Of a stretch of DNA of 64,000 nt, positions 18,719 through 29,918 are shown in pieces. Source of the stretch: Alphaproteobacteria bacterium (GTDB lineage Bacteria > Pseudomonadota > Alphaproteobacteria > UBA828); assembly GCA_965214705.1 (NCBI GenBank), contig CBDCCI010000001.1, positions 256,001 to 320,000 on the forward strand, read 5' to 3'. Within the stretch, counting starts at the first letter, position 1; every line of letters starts with the position of its first letter. The notes under the pieces were generated by a model. The model did no database searches and was not told the origin of the DNA. It saw only the letters and a program-made list of their open reading frames with translations. Position numbers and translations under genes: made by a program.

Positions 18719-19759
18719 TCAGGCACCCTGCCTGTTCGCCGCCCGCGCGATTCGCAGCAGCGCCTGCCAGCAGATCGCCTCCGGCGCGCCGCCGGAAACC
18801 TTGCAGTCGCGCTCGGCACGGGTCAGCAAACCCAGCGCTCGGGCGGCGCGGGCGCTCGGCCAGCGCGCCATCTCTTGACCGAAGGCAGCACGGTCTCTGG
18901 GGAATACTGGGGGTTTGAGGCTGCCCATGGCATCGGCCCGACTGGCGCCGCCTTCCAGCGCGGCGACCGCGAGATGGAGGCGGGCGAGGCGCCGGGCCGC
19001 AGCGCGGAGAATGGTGATCGGTTGAACCCCACCGTAGAGCGCCCGCGTCATTGCTCGGTCCAGCCCCTCACGGTCGCCGGATAGGGCCAGACGCGCGACC
19101 TCATCAGCCGACGCTTCGGTTGCATCGCCGACGCAGGTCTCCGCGACCTCCTGCGTGAGCACTCCGCCCTCGGGCCCCGCCTCGCCCAGATAGACCGCGA
19201 GCTTCTCCACCGCGCCCTCGATCTGCCGGCGATCACTGCCCAGACGCTCGGCCAGCCAATCGATGGTCTCGGGCGCCGCCTTGATCTTGCGCGCGCTGCA
19301 GAAGGCTTCGATCAGCCGCGCAGCGCCCTCCGCGCTCTCGTCGTAGCAGGCGATGGCGGCGAGGCTCGCTTCCTGCTCGCACAGCCGCCGGAGGCCCGAG
19401 CGGGGTGTCAGCGGCCCGGCCTCCGCGATCACCAGGCTCTCCGCGGCTGGCAACGCGAGACACGAGCGGATCGCAGGAACCACCGCCTCGGTCGCCCCGC
19501 GCAGGCGGACGGCACGACGGCCGCCGATGAGCGAGAGCGCCGCCGCCTCGTCGGCGAGCCGGCCCGGCTCGTCTCGCAGCAGCGCCGGATCGAGGCTGGT
19601 GACGCGAAAGGGATCGTCGGCATCCTCTGCGACGGCCTTGACGCACGCTTCGGCGCGGGCCCGCACCAGGCCTTCGTTGGAGCCGTAGATCAGAACCAGC
19701 CGGACCGCCGCGTCCGGCGCCGCGCAGAACCGGTCCGCGCGCGCCGGCGCGATCTTCAT
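18719..19759 (-). CDS. holA: DNA polymerase III delta subunit
   Basis: LIYG.NEGLV, RLADEA...SL.GGRR; position after leuS-lptE. Confidence 0.88.
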   Translation of the reverse strand: MKIAPARADRFCAAPDAAVRLVLIYGSNEGLVRARAEACVKAVAEDADDPFRVTSLDPALLRDEPGRLADEAAALSLIGGRRAVRLRGATEAVVPAIRSCLALPAAESLVIAEAGPLTPRSGLRRLCEQEASLAAIACYDESAEGAARLIEAFCSARKIKAAPETIDWLAERLGSDRRQIEGAVEKLAVYLGEAGPEGGVLTQEVAETCVGDATEASADEVARLALSGDREGLDRAMTRALYGGVQPITILRAAARRLARLHLAVAALEGGASRADAMGSLKPPVFPRDRAAFGQEMARWPSARAARALGLLTRAERDCKVSGGAPEAICWQALLRIARAANRQGA

Positions 19760-19796
19760 GGCGTGCCAGCCGCCGGATCATGCGACGGCCAGGGTC

Positions 19797-20336
19797 TCAT
19801 CGACGGAGATGGAGGAGGATCAGCGTGAGGATTTCTTCGCTCAGCACCCGCGCCGCTTCCTTGGCCGCGTCCCGCTCCGCCGTCACGGTGGCGAACCCCG
19901 ATTCGACGACGTTGTAGCTGCCGGTCGCCCGGGCGCTGTCGCGGTAGACCACCGCCCCGCCCCGATCGGCGAGAGTGAACCTGGCGCGGAGCGTCAGATT
20001 GAACCGGGTCGCATGGTCGTCGAGCTGGATCAGCAGCGGAGTCTTTTCCTGCTCGACCACGAGGGTCAGGCGATAGTCGGGATGCGCCGGCTGTCCCCTC
20101 GGGGTGAGGCTGTCGATAAGATGGTTGCGCACGATGTGGCCGACCCGGTCCTTGACCGGCGCAATCTCAATCGCCGCAACGCCACCGCCCCGCGCCTTGC
20201 CGGCGCGGGAGCCGTAGAGCGGCTCCACGGAACAGGCGCCGAGCAGGACGAGGGAAAGAGCGAGGGCGAAGACGGGGGTTGTTCTGCGCCAGAGGCGTGT
20301 CGCGCGGGGGGAAAGCGGCCGGTCAGGTGACGACAT
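19797..20336 (-). CDS. lptE: LPS assembly lipoprotein LptE
   Basis: Lipobox LLGAC followed by PLYG; between leuS and holA. Confidence 0.85.
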   Translation of the reverse strand: MSSPDRPLSPRATRLWRRTTPVFALALSLVLLGACSVEPLYGSRAGKARGGGVAAIEIAPVKDRVGHIVRNHLIDSLTPRGQPAHPDYRLTLVVEQEKTPLLIQLDDHATRFNLTLRARFTLADRGGAVVYRDSARATGSYNVVESGFATVTAERDAAKEAARVLSEEILTLILLHLRR

Positions 20337-22890
20337 TCACGATCCGTCCGGGCACGACGATCACCTTGCGCACTTCCCGGCCGGCGAGCGCCCGGCGCAC
20401 GCCACCGTCCGCCATGGCCGCGTTTTCCGCCGCCGCCTTGTCGTGATCCGCCGGCAGCGAGATGGTCGCGCGCTTTCTGCCGTCCACCTGCACGGCGACG
20501 ACCACAACGTCATCCGCGAGCAGGACGGGGTCCGGCTCCGGCCACGGCTCGCGCGCCAGCCAACTCTCGTGTCCGAGACGGCGCCAGGCCTCCTCGGCCA
20601 GATGCGGCACCACCGGGCCGAGCAGGCGCATGGCGGTCTCCAGGCCCTCGCGCATCACGTGGCCTGCACCGGGCGCGTCCTCGATGGCGGAGAGCGCATT
20701 GGTCAGCTCCCGCACCCGCGCCACCGCCCGGTTGAAGCGAAAACGCTCCAGATCATCGGTCACACCGGCGACGGTCTTGTGAATGGTCCTGCGCACGTCA
20801 CGCAGCGGAGCCGCCAAGGTCCCCTGGTCCAACGGCGTTGCCCCGCATGGAGACAGCGCCACGGGCGGCGACAGCACCATGCGCCAAAGCGCGGCGATGT
20901 AGCGCCAGGCGCCCTTGACGCCGGTGTCGGTCCATTCCAGGTCGCGTTCGGGCGGGCTGTCGGAGAGCATGAAGAGCCGCGCCGTGTCGGCGCCGTAGGC
21001 CTCGATGATCGCCTCGGGATCGACGGTGTTGCGCTTCGACTTGCTCATCGCCTCCGACCGGCCGATGGCGATTGGGCGCCCGTCCTCCTTGGTCACCAGC
21101 TCGCCTGCACGGGTCTCGACCTGATCGGGGTAGTACCAGCGCCCGTCTGTGTCGCGGTAGGTCTCGTGACACACCATGCCCTGGGTGAAGAGACCGGCGA
21201 AGGGCTCGTCGATCGTCACGTGGCCGCAGCGTTTGAGAGCCTTGGTATAGAAGCGCGAATAGAGCAGGTGCAGCACCGCGTGCTCGATGCCGCCGATGTA
21301 TTGATCGACCGGAAGCCAAGGCTCGACCTCGTCGGCCGGCAGCGGCTCGTCGGCGCGCGCGGCGCAGAAGCGCGCGAAGTACCAGGAGGAATCCACGAAG
21401 GTGTCCATCGTATCGGTATCGCGCTCCGCGGCAGCACCGCAGCGAGGGCACGTGGTGTGCTTCCACGTGGGATGGCGGTCAAGGGGATTGCCCGGCGTGT
21501 CGAAGGTCACGTCCTCGGGCAGGCGCACCGGGAGCGCCTCGCGCGGCACCGGCACCACGCCGCACGATGCGCAGTGCACCACCGGAATCGGGCAGCCCCA
21601 GTAGCGCTGCCGCGAGATGCCCCAATCGCGGAGCCGGTAGCTGACGGCAGAGCCGCCGGCGCCGCGTTCCGCAAGCTCTACGACGGCGCGCGCCTTGGCG
21701 TCGGCCACCGTGAGCCCGTTCAGGAAGTCGGAATTGATGGCCGCGCCGTCGCCGACATAGGCCTCGTCGCCGATCTCGACCGCATCCGCATCCTCCCCCG
21801 GCGGACACACCACCGGGATAACTGGCAGGCCCTGGGCGCGGGCGAAATCCAGGTCGCGCTGGTCGTGGGCTGGGCAGCCGAAGATCGCGCCGGTGCCGTA
21901 GTCCATGAGCACGAAATTGGCGACGTAGAGCGGCAGCGTGCGCGCGGCATCGAAGGGATGGCGGACGCTCACGCCCGTGTCGAAGCCGCGCTTGCCCGCC
22001 GCCTCGATGTCGCGCTCGCCGATGCCGGCGCGGTTGCACTCGGCGATGAAGTCGGCGAGCGCCGGATCGGAAGCGGCGAGCGATGTCGCCAGAGGATGGT
22101 TGGGCGAAAGCGCGCAGAAGGATGCGCCGAACAGCGTATCCGGCCGGGTCGTGAAGACCTCCAGTGCCTCGTCGCGGCCCTCAATGGGGAAGAGGATGCG
22201 CGCACCTTCCGAGCGCCCGATCCAGTTGCGCTGCATGAGCCGCACCTTCTCGGGCCAACGCGGCAACGCCTCCAGCGCATCCAGGAGTTCGTCGGCAAAG
22301 CGGGTGATGCGGAAGAACCATTGCGCCAACCTGCGTTTCTCGACGACGGCGCCCGAGCGCCAGCCGCGCCCGTCCACGACCTGCTCGTTGGCGAGCACCG
22401 TGCGATCGACCGGATCCCAGTTGACCCAGGCCTCCTTGCGCTCGACGAATCCACACTCGAAGAAGTCCAGGAACAACGCCTGCTGGTGTTCGTAGTAGCC
22501 GGGGTGGCAGGTCGCGAACTCGCGCTCCCAATCGATCGAGAGTCCCATCAGCTTGAGCTGCCCGCGCATCGTCGCGATGTTGGCGTAGGTCCACTCGGCT
22601 GGATGGACGCCGCGCTCGAAGGCCGCGTTCTCCGCTGGCAGCCCGAAGGCGTCCCAGCCCATGGGATGAAGGACGTCGAATCCCCGGGCCCGCTTGTAGC
22701 GCGCAACCACGTCGCCCATGGTGTAGTTGCGCACATGGCCCATGTGAATGCGGCCCGAGGGATACGGGAACATCTCCAGGACGTAGTAGGTCGGGTGACC
22801 GCTGCGACGCTCAGCCCGGAACAGGCCCGCGTCCTCCCAAGCGGCTTGCCACTTGGCCTCGACCGCCTGTGCGTCGTAACGCTCACTCAT
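20323..22890 (-). CDS. leuS: Leucine--tRNA ligase
   Basis: [30 protein letters not shown]. Confidence 0.97.
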   Translation of the reverse strand: MSERYDAQAVEAKWQAAWEDAGLFRAERRSGHPTYYVLEMFPYPSGRIHMGHVRNYTMGDVVARYKRARGFDVLHPMGWDAFGLPAENAAFERGVHPAEWTYANIATMRGQLKLMGLSIDWEREFATCHPGYYEHQQALFLDFFECGFVERKEAWVNWDPVDRTVLANEQVVDGRGWRSGAVVEKRRLAQWFFRITRFADELLDALEALPRWPEKVRLMQRNWIGRSEGARILFPIEGRDEALEVFTTRPDTLFGASFCALSPNHPLATSLAASDPALADFIAECNRAGIGERDIEAAGKRGFDTGVSVRHPFDAARTLPLYVANFVLMDYGTGAIFGCPAHDQRDLDFARAQGLPVIPVVCPPGEDADAVEIGDEAYVGDGAAINSDFLNGLTVADAKARAVVELAERGAGGSAVSYRLRDWGISRQRYWGCPIPVVHCASCGVVPVPREALPVRLPEDVTFDTPGNPLDRHPTWKHTTCPRCGAAAERDTDTMDTFVDSSWYFARFCAARADEPLPADEVEPWLPVDQYIGGIEHAVLHLLYSRFYTKALKRCGHVTIDEPFAGLFTQGMVCHETYRDTDGRWYYPDQVETRAGELVTKEDGRPIAIGRSEAMSKSKRNTVDPEAIIEAYGADTARLFMLSDSPPERDLEWTDTGVKGAWRYIAALWRMVLSPPVALSPCGATPLDQGTLAAPLRDVRRTIHKTVAGVTDDLERFRFNRAVARVRELTNALSAIEDAPGAGHVMREGLETAMRLLGPVVPHLAEEAWRRLGHESWLAREPWPEPDPVLLADDVVVVAVQVDGRKRATISLPADHDKAAAENAAMADGGVRRALAGREVRKVIVVPGRIVNVVT

Positions 22891-22995
22891 CGGCAACGCT
22901 CGCTCCCTCACCCCGGCCGGTGCCGGAGAGCGGCGTCCCTATAGCATGACCCGCCAGCCGGCGCAGCCGCGCCGGCCGGCACGCAACGCTGCACT

Positions 22996-23523
22996 CTATC
23001 GGCTGAGCTGTGCGGTACGCAGTTGACGGGCGCGGTCGAGGATCTTGTCTTCGAGGCTGACCGCGGTGTCCGGGCTCGTGGCGCGGTCCTCCCAGAGGCC
23101 GCTTTCGCCTCGTTCCTGGCGAAACACGGAGACCTGTACGCCGTCCGAGCGCAGCGTCCTGCCCAGGATGTAGACGGTCATCTTGAAGCGCTCGTCGGGG
23201 CTCTCGGGCGGGGAGTACCAATCGGTGATGATCACGCCACCAAAGGGATCAGCCGAGAGCAAGGGCATGAACGAGATGGTGTCGAGGGTCGCACGCCAGA
23301 GAAAGGCGTTGACGCCGATGCCGCTGGCAGCCGCTTCGTCCTCGTCGCCACCGAAAAGCCCGATCCCGCCGGAACCGAATATACTTTCTTGGCTCGCGCC
23401 GGCTGCGCGCCGTCGGGGATCCATGGTTGGGCTATCCGGCGGCACTGAATTCTCACAGCCGGCCGCTGCCAGAGCCAGGAGGAAAACGCCAAGCATCCCC
23501 AAGCCGATGTGCGAGCGCCTCAT
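22996..23523 (-). CDS. DUF3576 family lipoprotein
   Basis: Lipobox AAGC; GVNAFLWRATLDTISFMPL.SADPFGGVIITDWY; usual neighbour of leuS in alphaproteobacteria. Confidence 0.88.
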   Translation of the reverse strand: MRRSHIGLGMLGVFLLALAAAGCENSVPPDSPTMDPRRRAAGASQESIFGSGGIGLFGGDEDEAAASGIGVNAFLWRATLDTISFMPLLSADPFGGVIITDWYSPPESPDERFKMTVYILGRTLRSDGVQVSVFRQERGESGLWEDRATSPDTAVSLEDKILDRARQLRTAQLSR

Positions 23524-23694
23524 TCGGGCTGTCTCCGTCGAATGTTCACAGGCGCTTTTACCACGAGGCGCACCAACCTCGCAGCAGAATCGGGATCGCA
23601 GGCCAGCGCCAGCGACACGTGGCGAGCGTCGCTGGCCTGGGTTGTGCCGACGCCGCAACGCCGCCGGAAGGTGGAGTTACATTCACGGTGGAAC

Positions 23695-23768
23695 TGGAGG
23701 CCGAGGCCGGAATCGAACCGGCGTACACGGATTTGCAGTCCGCTGCATAGCCACTCTGCCACCCGGCC
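23695..23768 (-). tRNA. tRNA-Cys (GCA)
   Basis: 74 nt; GGCCGGG/CTCGGCC acceptor stem, CTGCAAA anticodon loop, GGTTCGATTCC T arm, encoded CCA. Confidence 0.97.
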
Positions 23769-23929
23769 CCAAGGCGCACGTGAGCGTCCGCGCCTCAATT
23801 AGGCGCCGCGTAGCGCCAGGGTCAACCGTCTTTGGCCCGGAACTCTGTTCGTGGCCGCGGCGCGCACGTCTGGCGGCCCGCTGGTGCGGCGGCTACACTC
23901 GGCGCCCATCCACGGCAGGAGGATTCAGG

Positions 23930-24640
23930 ATGACGGCGGAGCTTTCACGCAACGAGGAAGTCAGGCGGGCACTCGAGACGATCTTCGCCGCCGATTCCGA
24001 GATTTACCAGACGCGGGGATTCCAGCGCCGCATCGGGTTCGGAACCCGGCCGGCGCTCCTGATCATCGACCTCGCCAATGCCTGGACCCGGCCGGGCCAC
24101 AACTTCACGTGCGACAACATGGAGGTGATCATCCCCACCAACCAGCAGCTGCTGGCCGCCGCACGCGAGAAGAACATTCCCGTCATCTACACGACGACCG
24201 CCTATCAGGACCCGACCGGGCCGCACGCCGACACCGGCCTCTGGCACATGAAGATTCCGGTCGAGACCCTGCGTGAGGGCTCGCCGGAGGCGGCCATCGA
24301 CGAGCGCATCGCGCCGATGCCGGAGCGCGGCGAGCAGGTGATCGTGAAGAAGCGCGCGAGCGCCTTCCACGGTACCTACCTTGCGGGCTACCTCCGCGCC
24401 CAGCGGGTCGACACGGTCATCATTACCGGCGTCACCATGGCCGGCTGCGTGCGCCACTCCGCCGAGGATGCGATTGCCGAGGGCTTCCGCCCCATCGTCG
24501 TGCGGGAAGGCGTGGGCGACCGGGTGCCGGGGGTCGTCGAATGGAACCTGTTCGACATCGATGCCAAGTTCGGCGATGTCGAGCCGGCGGAGCGCGTCCT
24601 CGCCTATCTCAGCGAGCTGGAGGCGTTCAGCAACGAATAG
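23930..24640 (+). CDS. Isochorismatase-family cysteine hydrolase (maleamate amidohydrolase/N-carbamoylsarcosine amidase-like)
   Basis: GFG.RPALLIID, KKRASAF.GT, GVTMAGCVR; RBS AGGAGG. Confidence 0.88.
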   Translation: MTAELSRNEEVRRALETIFAADSEIYQTRGFQRRIGFGTRPALLIIDLANAWTRPGHNFTCDNMEVIIPTNQQLLAAAREKNIPVIYTTTAYQDPTGPHADTGLWHMKIPVETLREGSPEAAIDERIAPMPERGEQVIVKKRASAFHGTYLAGYLRAQRVDTVIITGVTMAGCVRHSAEDAIAEGFRPIVVREGVGDRVPGVVEWNLFDIDAKFGDVEPAERVLAYLSELEAFSNE

Positions 24641-24657
24641 GAGCGGGAGCGTTCGTC

Positions 24658-26082
24658 ATGACCGCATCGGATCTCGACCTCTGCTACATGAGCGCGCTCG
24701 ACGCGCTTGCTGCGTTCAAGGCACGGACGCTTTCGCCGGTCGAGCTGATGAAGGCGGTGATCGCCCGCTGCGAGGCAGTCAACCCGACGCTCAACCTCGT
24801 CACCTACAACTATTTCGAACGCGCCCTGGAGCAGGCGAAGGCGGCCGAGGTGCGCTACGGCAAGGCGGACGGGCGGCTGCGCACGCTCGAAGGGCTGCCC
24901 TTCGCGAGCAAGGACTACCACGCGATCAAGGGCGAGATCACCACGATCGGCTCCAAGATCATGGAGCACAACCGCCCCGACCACACCTACCCGGTGACCG
25001 AGCGCCTCATGCGTGCCGGCGCGATTCTCCACATCCGCACCACGACGCCGGAGTTCGGCTATGCCGGGACGAGCCATAGCCCGCTTTGGGGCGTGAGCCG
25101 CAATCCCTGGAATCCCGATTACACGCCGGGCGGCTCCTCCGGCGGCAGCGGCGGCGCGGTGGCCGCAGGTATGACCACCATCGCGGACGGCGGCGACGGC
25201 GGCGGGTCGATCCGCATCCCGGCCTCGGTCAACGGCATCTTCGGCTTCAAGCCGCCCTACGGGCGCAACCCGAATGACACCACCGCGCCCCACGTCTTCC
25301 TGGTACAAATCGGCGTGCTGACTCGCACGGTGGCCGAATCCGCCCTGCTCCAGAACGTCGTCTCCGGTCCTCACAAGGCGGACATCAACTCCCTCAGGAC
25401 GCGGGTGCGCCTGCCGCTTACCTACGAGGGCATCGAGGGCTGGCGCATCGCCTACTCGCCGGATCTCGGCTACGTCGAGGTCGACGAGGAGGTACAGGAG
25501 AATACGCGGAAGGCCCTGGACGTCTTTCGCAATCTCGGCTGCGAGGTCGAGGAGGTCGATCTCGGCTGGACCTCGGGCGTGTTGAACCAGTACCTACGGC
25601 TCTTCGAGGTCTTCTTCGCCAGTGGGCTGCAGGACTTTCTCCCCGAGTGGCGCTTCGAGATGGACCCGAGGGTGGTCGATTTGGTGGAGAGGGGTCAGCA
25701 GGTGAGTGCCGTCGAGTTCGAGCGCGTCAGCCGCACACGCGGCTGGATGTACCAGAGGCTCGCACCGATCCTCGAACGCTACGACGTGATGATCTGCCCG
25801 ACGCTGGCGGTGCCGGCGGTCAAGGCGGACCACACCAACATGGACCCCAGCTTCACCATCAATGGCAAGCCGGTCGAGCCGCACCTGGGCTGGCTGCTCA
25901 CGTACCCGTTCAACATGATGAACCAATGTCCGGCGGCAAGCGTGCCGACCGGATTCGCACGAAACGGTGTTCCCACCGGCCTGCAGATCGTGGGCCGCAC
26001 CTACGACGATGCCCGGGTGTTCCGTGCCGCAGCGGCCTTCGAAGCGGCGACGAATTGGAGCCGGCACCGCCCCTCGCTTTAG
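24658..26082 (+). CDS. Amidase signature family protein
   Basis: GLPFASKD, TPGGSSGGS, DGGGSIRIPAS. Confidence 0.92.
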   Translation: MTASDLDLCYMSALDALAAFKARTLSPVELMKAVIARCEAVNPTLNLVTYNYFERALEQAKAAEVRYGKADGRLRTLEGLPFASKDYHAIKGEITTIGSKIMEHNRPDHTYPVTERLMRAGAILHIRTTTPEFGYAGTSHSPLWGVSRNPWNPDYTPGGSSGGSGGAVAAGMTTIADGGDGGGSIRIPASVNGIFGFKPPYGRNPNDTTAPHVFLVQIGVLTRTVAESALLQNVVSGPHKADINSLRTRVRLPLTYEGIEGWRIAYSPDLGYVEVDEEVQENTRKALDVFRNLGCEVEEVDLGWTSGVLNQYLRLFEVFFASGLQDFLPEWRFEMDPRVVDLVERGQQVSAVEFERVSRTRGWMYQRLAPILERYDVMICPTLAVPAVKADHTNMDPSFTINGKPVEPHLGWLLTYPFNMMNQCPAASVPTGFARNGVPTGLQIVGRTYDDARVFRAAAAFEAATNWSRHRPSL

Positions 26083-26099
26083 ACCCGGAGCAACCCGCA

Positions 26100-27527
26100 A
26101 TGGACAAAGGCTTGTGGAGCCGCAGCGCGGTCGAGGTCGCCACGATAATCCGGGCGCGCGAGGCATCGTGCGTCGAAGTGACGGAGTCGGTGCTGGACCG
26201 CATCGCCCAGCACAACGGGCGCATCAACGCGATCGTCGTCGACTGTTCCGAGGAGGCGTTGCGCGCCGCCGAACTGAAGGATCGCGAGGCCTGCGACGGC
26301 GCGACCCTCGGGCCGCTGCACGGGGTCCCGGTCACCATCAAGGAGAACATCGACGTTGCCGGACAGGCGACCACGAACGGCCTGCCGGCCTACGCTGATC
26401 TTGTTGCACCGGACCACTCTCCGGTCACGCGCAACTTGCTCGACGCAGGCGCGATCATCGTGGGGCGCACCAATACGCCGGAGCTCTCGATGCGCGCGAC
26501 CACGGACAACCCGCTGCGCGGCCGCACTCTCAATCCTTGGAACGAGGAGGCATCTCCGGGCGGGTCTTCCGGCGGAGCTTCGGCCGCTGCAGCGATGGGG
26601 TTCGGGCCGATTCACCACGGCAATGACATCGGCGGATCGCTGCGCTTTCCATCCTTCGCGTGCGGACTGGCGACGGTGAAGCCGACCCAGGGGCGGGTGC
26701 CCGCGTACAATCCGAGTGCCACGGCCGAGCGCGGCCTTCTCGCCCAGCTCAGCTCCGTCCAGGGCGCGATTTGCCGCGAGGTGCGGGACGTGCGGCTCGC
26801 AACGCGGGTGCTCGCGGGGGGTGACGCGCGCGATCCCTGGTGGGTACCGGTGCCCTTCGAGGGGCCCACGCTCGATCCCCCGATCAAGGTTGCGGTCACG
26901 TGCGAGGCTCACGGTTATCCGATCGATCCGCAGATCATCGCCGGTATCGACCGGGCGGCGGAAGTGCTCAGCGACGCGGGCTACGCGGTGGAGCGCGTGG
27001 CGACGCCCTCGATCATGAAGCCCGCGCAGGCGTGGTTCAACGTGCTCGCGAGCGAGATCGTGCACTTTCTGGGTCCTATCGCGCGCGAGCATGGCAGCAA
27101 GACCATCCGGACCATCTTCGAGGACTACCAGCGCGTCGGAAACCCGGTCGATGCGGCCGGATACCGCCAGGGCATCGCCGATCGCACCGCGCTGACCCGC
27201 GAATGGAACGTCTTTCTCGACCGGTATCCGCTGGTGCTCTGCCCGTTCCTGATGCGCTCGATGTACCCATGGGACCACGACGCGCACGGGTTCGAGAAGG
27301 TGAAGGACCTTTTCATGGCCGCCGTCTACAGCACCGGCGTCAACTACCTCGGCCTGCCGGCGGGCGTGGTGCCCGTCGGCTTCGCGGACGGGCTGCCGGC
27401 GGGTGTGCAGATCATCGGCCGTCGGTATCGCGAGGATCTGATCCTCGACGCGATGGAAGCGATCGAAGCCTCGGTCGGAGTTCTCGCGCACACCCTGTGG
27501 GAACGCGAAGAGAGCGCACCGTCGTGA
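26100..27527 (+). CDS. Amidase signature family protein (indoleacetamide hydrolase-like)
   Basis: LHGVPVTIKEN, SPGGSSGGA, GNDIGGSLRFP. Confidence 0.92.
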   Translation: MDKGLWSRSAVEVATIIRAREASCVEVTESVLDRIAQHNGRINAIVVDCSEEALRAAELKDREACDGATLGPLHGVPVTIKENIDVAGQATTNGLPAYADLVAPDHSPVTRNLLDAGAIIVGRTNTPELSMRATTDNPLRGRTLNPWNEEASPGGSSGGASAAAAMGFGPIHHGNDIGGSLRFPSFACGLATVKPTQGRVPAYNPSATAERGLLAQLSSVQGAICREVRDVRLATRVLAGGDARDPWWVPVPFEGPTLDPPIKVAVTCEAHGYPIDPQIIAGIDRAAEVLSDAGYAVERVATPSIMKPAQAWFNVLASEIVHFLGPIAREHGSKTIRTIFEDYQRVGNPVDAAGYRQGIADRTALTREWNVFLDRYPLVLCPFLMRSMYPWDHDAHGFEKVKDLFMAAVYSTGVNYLGLPAGVVPVGFADGLPAGVQIIGRRYREDLILDAMEAIEASVGVLAHTLWEREESAPS

Positions 27528-27676
27528 CCCGGTGCGGCCGGCCGCTCCGCGCGAAGCGCTATTCCTCCGCCATCACCGGCCAGAGCTTGTAGCGCGAGCT
27601 TGATCTGCACAGCGCCTGTGGTTGGTGCCGCCATCGGCATGCACCCGTTCCGGTGCACGACCCGCTATAATGAGCC

Positions 27677-28801
27677 ATGCCTCGCTACCAGCGTTACCTG
27701 TTGCGCCAGCTTATAGCCCCGTTCCTGCTCGTAACGGTGGGGCTCACAGCGGTCGTCTGGCTATCGCAGTCGCTGCGCATCATCGACCTGATCGTCAACA
27801 AGGGTCTGTCGTTCAGCGCCTTCCTGCTGATGAGCATGCTGGTGCTGCCCACATTCCTGAGCGCGATCCTGCCGATCGCATTCTTCTGTGCGCTGCTCTT
27901 CGTTTACAACAAGCTCACGATCGACAGCGAGCTGGTCAGCCTGCGCGCGGCCGGCGTGAGTCAGTGGTCGCTGGCGAAGCCCGCGCTCGTGATGGCCACG
28001 ATTGTCGTCGTCATCTCCTACGCGATCATCATGTACGTGATGCCGGTCAGCTACAGGGAGTTCAAGGAGCGGCAGTTCGTCCTGCGCAGCGATCACTCGG
28101 CGCTTCTCCTGGAGGAGGGTACCTTCAACACGCTGACCGAGGGCGTCACCGTCTACATCCGCGGGCGTGAGGGCGGCACGCTCAACGGTATCCTCGTGCA
28201 CGACGCCCGGGAACAGGAACGGCCGGTCACGATGATGGCCGAGCAGGGCATTCTGGTGCAGACCGATGAGGGACCGCGCTTCATCCTGATCAACGGCCAC
28301 CGACAACGGATCGACCGGGACTCGTCGAAACTCTCGTTGCTCAATTTCGAACGCTACACAATCGACTTGGGTGATTTCATCCAACCCGGAGGCACGCGCT
28401 GGCACGGGCCGCGAGAGCGGTTTATCGACGAGCTCCTCGACCCCGCAAGCGAGGGGGCGGAGCGGCTGCGGGGCAAGTTCCTCTCCGAAGCGCACAACCG
28501 CATCGTTTCGCCGCTGTTCGGCTATGCTCTTGCCGCCATCGGGCTCGCAGCGCTGCTCTCCGGCAACGTCGACCGGCGCGGCCAGTGGCGCCGCATCCTC
28601 GTGGCGATTGCAGCAGGGGTCATGCTCGAGGCTGTGGCCCTCTTCCTAGTCAACGCGACCGCCAAGAACAGCAGCCTCATCCCACTCATGTATCTCAACC
28701 CCGTCCTCATGATCGCCGCGGCGATGGTCGTGCTTCGCCACCGCTTACCGCGCTTCCTCGGTGGCCGCACTGCGGCGGCTGAGCCGGGCGCACGCGGGTA
28801 G
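27677..28801 (+). CDS. lptF: LPS export permease LptF
   Basis: WLSQSLR..DLIVNKG, DSELV.LRAAG.S; precedes lptG-lptD. Confidence 0.92.
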   Translation: MPRYQRYLLRQLIAPFLLVTVGLTAVVWLSQSLRIIDLIVNKGLSFSAFLLMSMLVLPTFLSAILPIAFFCALLFVYNKLTIDSELVSLRAAGVSQWSLAKPALVMATIVVVISYAIIMYVMPVSYREFKERQFVLRSDHSALLLEEGTFNTLTEGVTVYIRGREGGTLNGILVHDAREQERPVTMMAEQGILVQTDEGPRFILINGHRQRIDRDSSKLSLLNFERYTIDLGDFIQPGGTRWHGPRERFIDELLDPASEGAERLRGKFLSEAHNRIVSPLFGYALAAIGLAALLSGNVDRRGQWRRILVAIAAGVMLEAVALFLVNATAKNSSLIPLMYLNPVLMIAAAMVVLRHRLPRFLGGRTAAAEPGARG

Positions 28802-28813
28802 GAGCCACGGCCG

Positions 28814-29908
28814 GTGCGTCTCTCCTCCACCCTCTCGCTCTACATGGGCAGGCAATACCTGCAGAGCGTCGCGCTTGTGTTCCTGCTCGTCATGTTGACC
28901 ATCCTCATTGCCGATACCATCGAGCTGCTGCGCCGCGCCTCCGGGCCGGACAAGACAGCGACCATCGAAACCGTGCTCCAGATGGCCTCGCTGCACATCC
29001 CCTTCATGGCGCAGAAGGCGCTGCCCTTTATCGTGCTCGTCGGCGGTATCGTGACCTTCGCGAAGATGACGCGGAGCCGCGAGCTGGTGGTGGCGCGGGC
29101 GGCGGGCGTCTCGGTCTGGCAATTCCTGCTGCCTGCGCTGGTCATCGCGGCACTGCTGGGCGGCCTCTTCATGACCGTCGTCAACCCGCTGGCCTCCGCC
29201 ACGACGGCGCGATTCGAACAGATGGACGTGACCCACTTGCGCGGTAAGTCGAGCCTCATGGAGCTTTCCAAGTCCGGCATCTGGCTCAGGCAGGGCGATT
29301 CGGAGAGCCAATCGGTGGTACACGCCGCGCGCATCGATCAGGAGACGATGACGCTCTACGACACGATTATTTTCCATTACGCGAAGGAGGATCAATTCAT
29401 TGGACGGATCGACGCCGCCGAGGCCCGGCTGGAAGACGGGTATTGGAACCTGCAGGATGCTCTCTTCAGCGCGCCGGACGAGCCGGCCCGACATCGGGCG
29501 AACGCTCGCGTGCCGACCGACCTCACCCTGGAGCGCATCCAGAACAGCTTCTCGCCGCCGGAGACCCTGTCCTTCTGGGCGTTGCCCGGTTTCATCAAGG
29601 TGTTGGACGAGTCCGGCTTCTCTTCGGTGAAGCACCGCCTGCACTGGCACTCGCTTCTCTCTGTCCCCCTCCTCCTTTGTGCGATGGTTCTGATCGCAGC
29701 GACCTTTTCGCTCCGTTTCACGCGGCGGGGCACCTGGGTGCTGGTCCTGGCCGGATTGCTCACTGGCTTTCTCCTCTATTTCATCTCGGACTTGGTGCTC
29801 GCCCTTGGCCTTTCCGGCAAGCTGCCACCGGTGCTCGCTGCGTGGACCCCGGCGGGCATTTTCACGTTGCTCGGCGTCGCGGGCCTGTTCCATCTCGAGG
29901 ACGGATAG
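28814..29908 (+). CDS. lptG: LPS export permease LptG
   Basis: ELVVARAAGVSVWQF, C-terminal HLEDG. Confidence 0.92.
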   Translation: MRLSSTLSLYMGRQYLQSVALVFLLVMLTILIADTIELLRRASGPDKTATIETVLQMASLHIPFMAQKALPFIVLVGGIVTFAKMTRSRELVVARAAGVSVWQFLLPALVIAALLGGLFMTVVNPLASATTARFEQMDVTHLRGKSSLMELSKSGIWLRQGDSESQSVVHAARIDQETMTLYDTIIFHYAKEDQFIGRIDAAEARLEDGYWNLQDALFSAPDEPARHRANARVPTDLTLERIQNSFSPPETLSFWALPGFIKVLDESGFSSVKHRLHWHSLLSVPLLLCAMVLIAATFSLRFTRRGTWVLVLAGLLTGFLLYFISDLVLALGLSGKLPPVLAAWTPAGIFTLLGVAGLFHLEDG

Positions 29909-29918
29909 CGGCGACATC

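Noticed and set aside
20443-22944. 833-aa plus-strand ORF and similar long antisense or alternate-frame ORFs (e.g. 5995-7518, 56519-58438, 58360-59979)
   Set aside because: Shadow ORFs opposite well-supported genes; expected from stop-codon scarcity in high-GC DNA; no recognisable motifs
23695-27600. tRNA-Cys as an integration site for the amidase block
   Set aside because: The block lies on the 5' side of the tRNA; no integrase and no duplicated tRNA 3' end were seen
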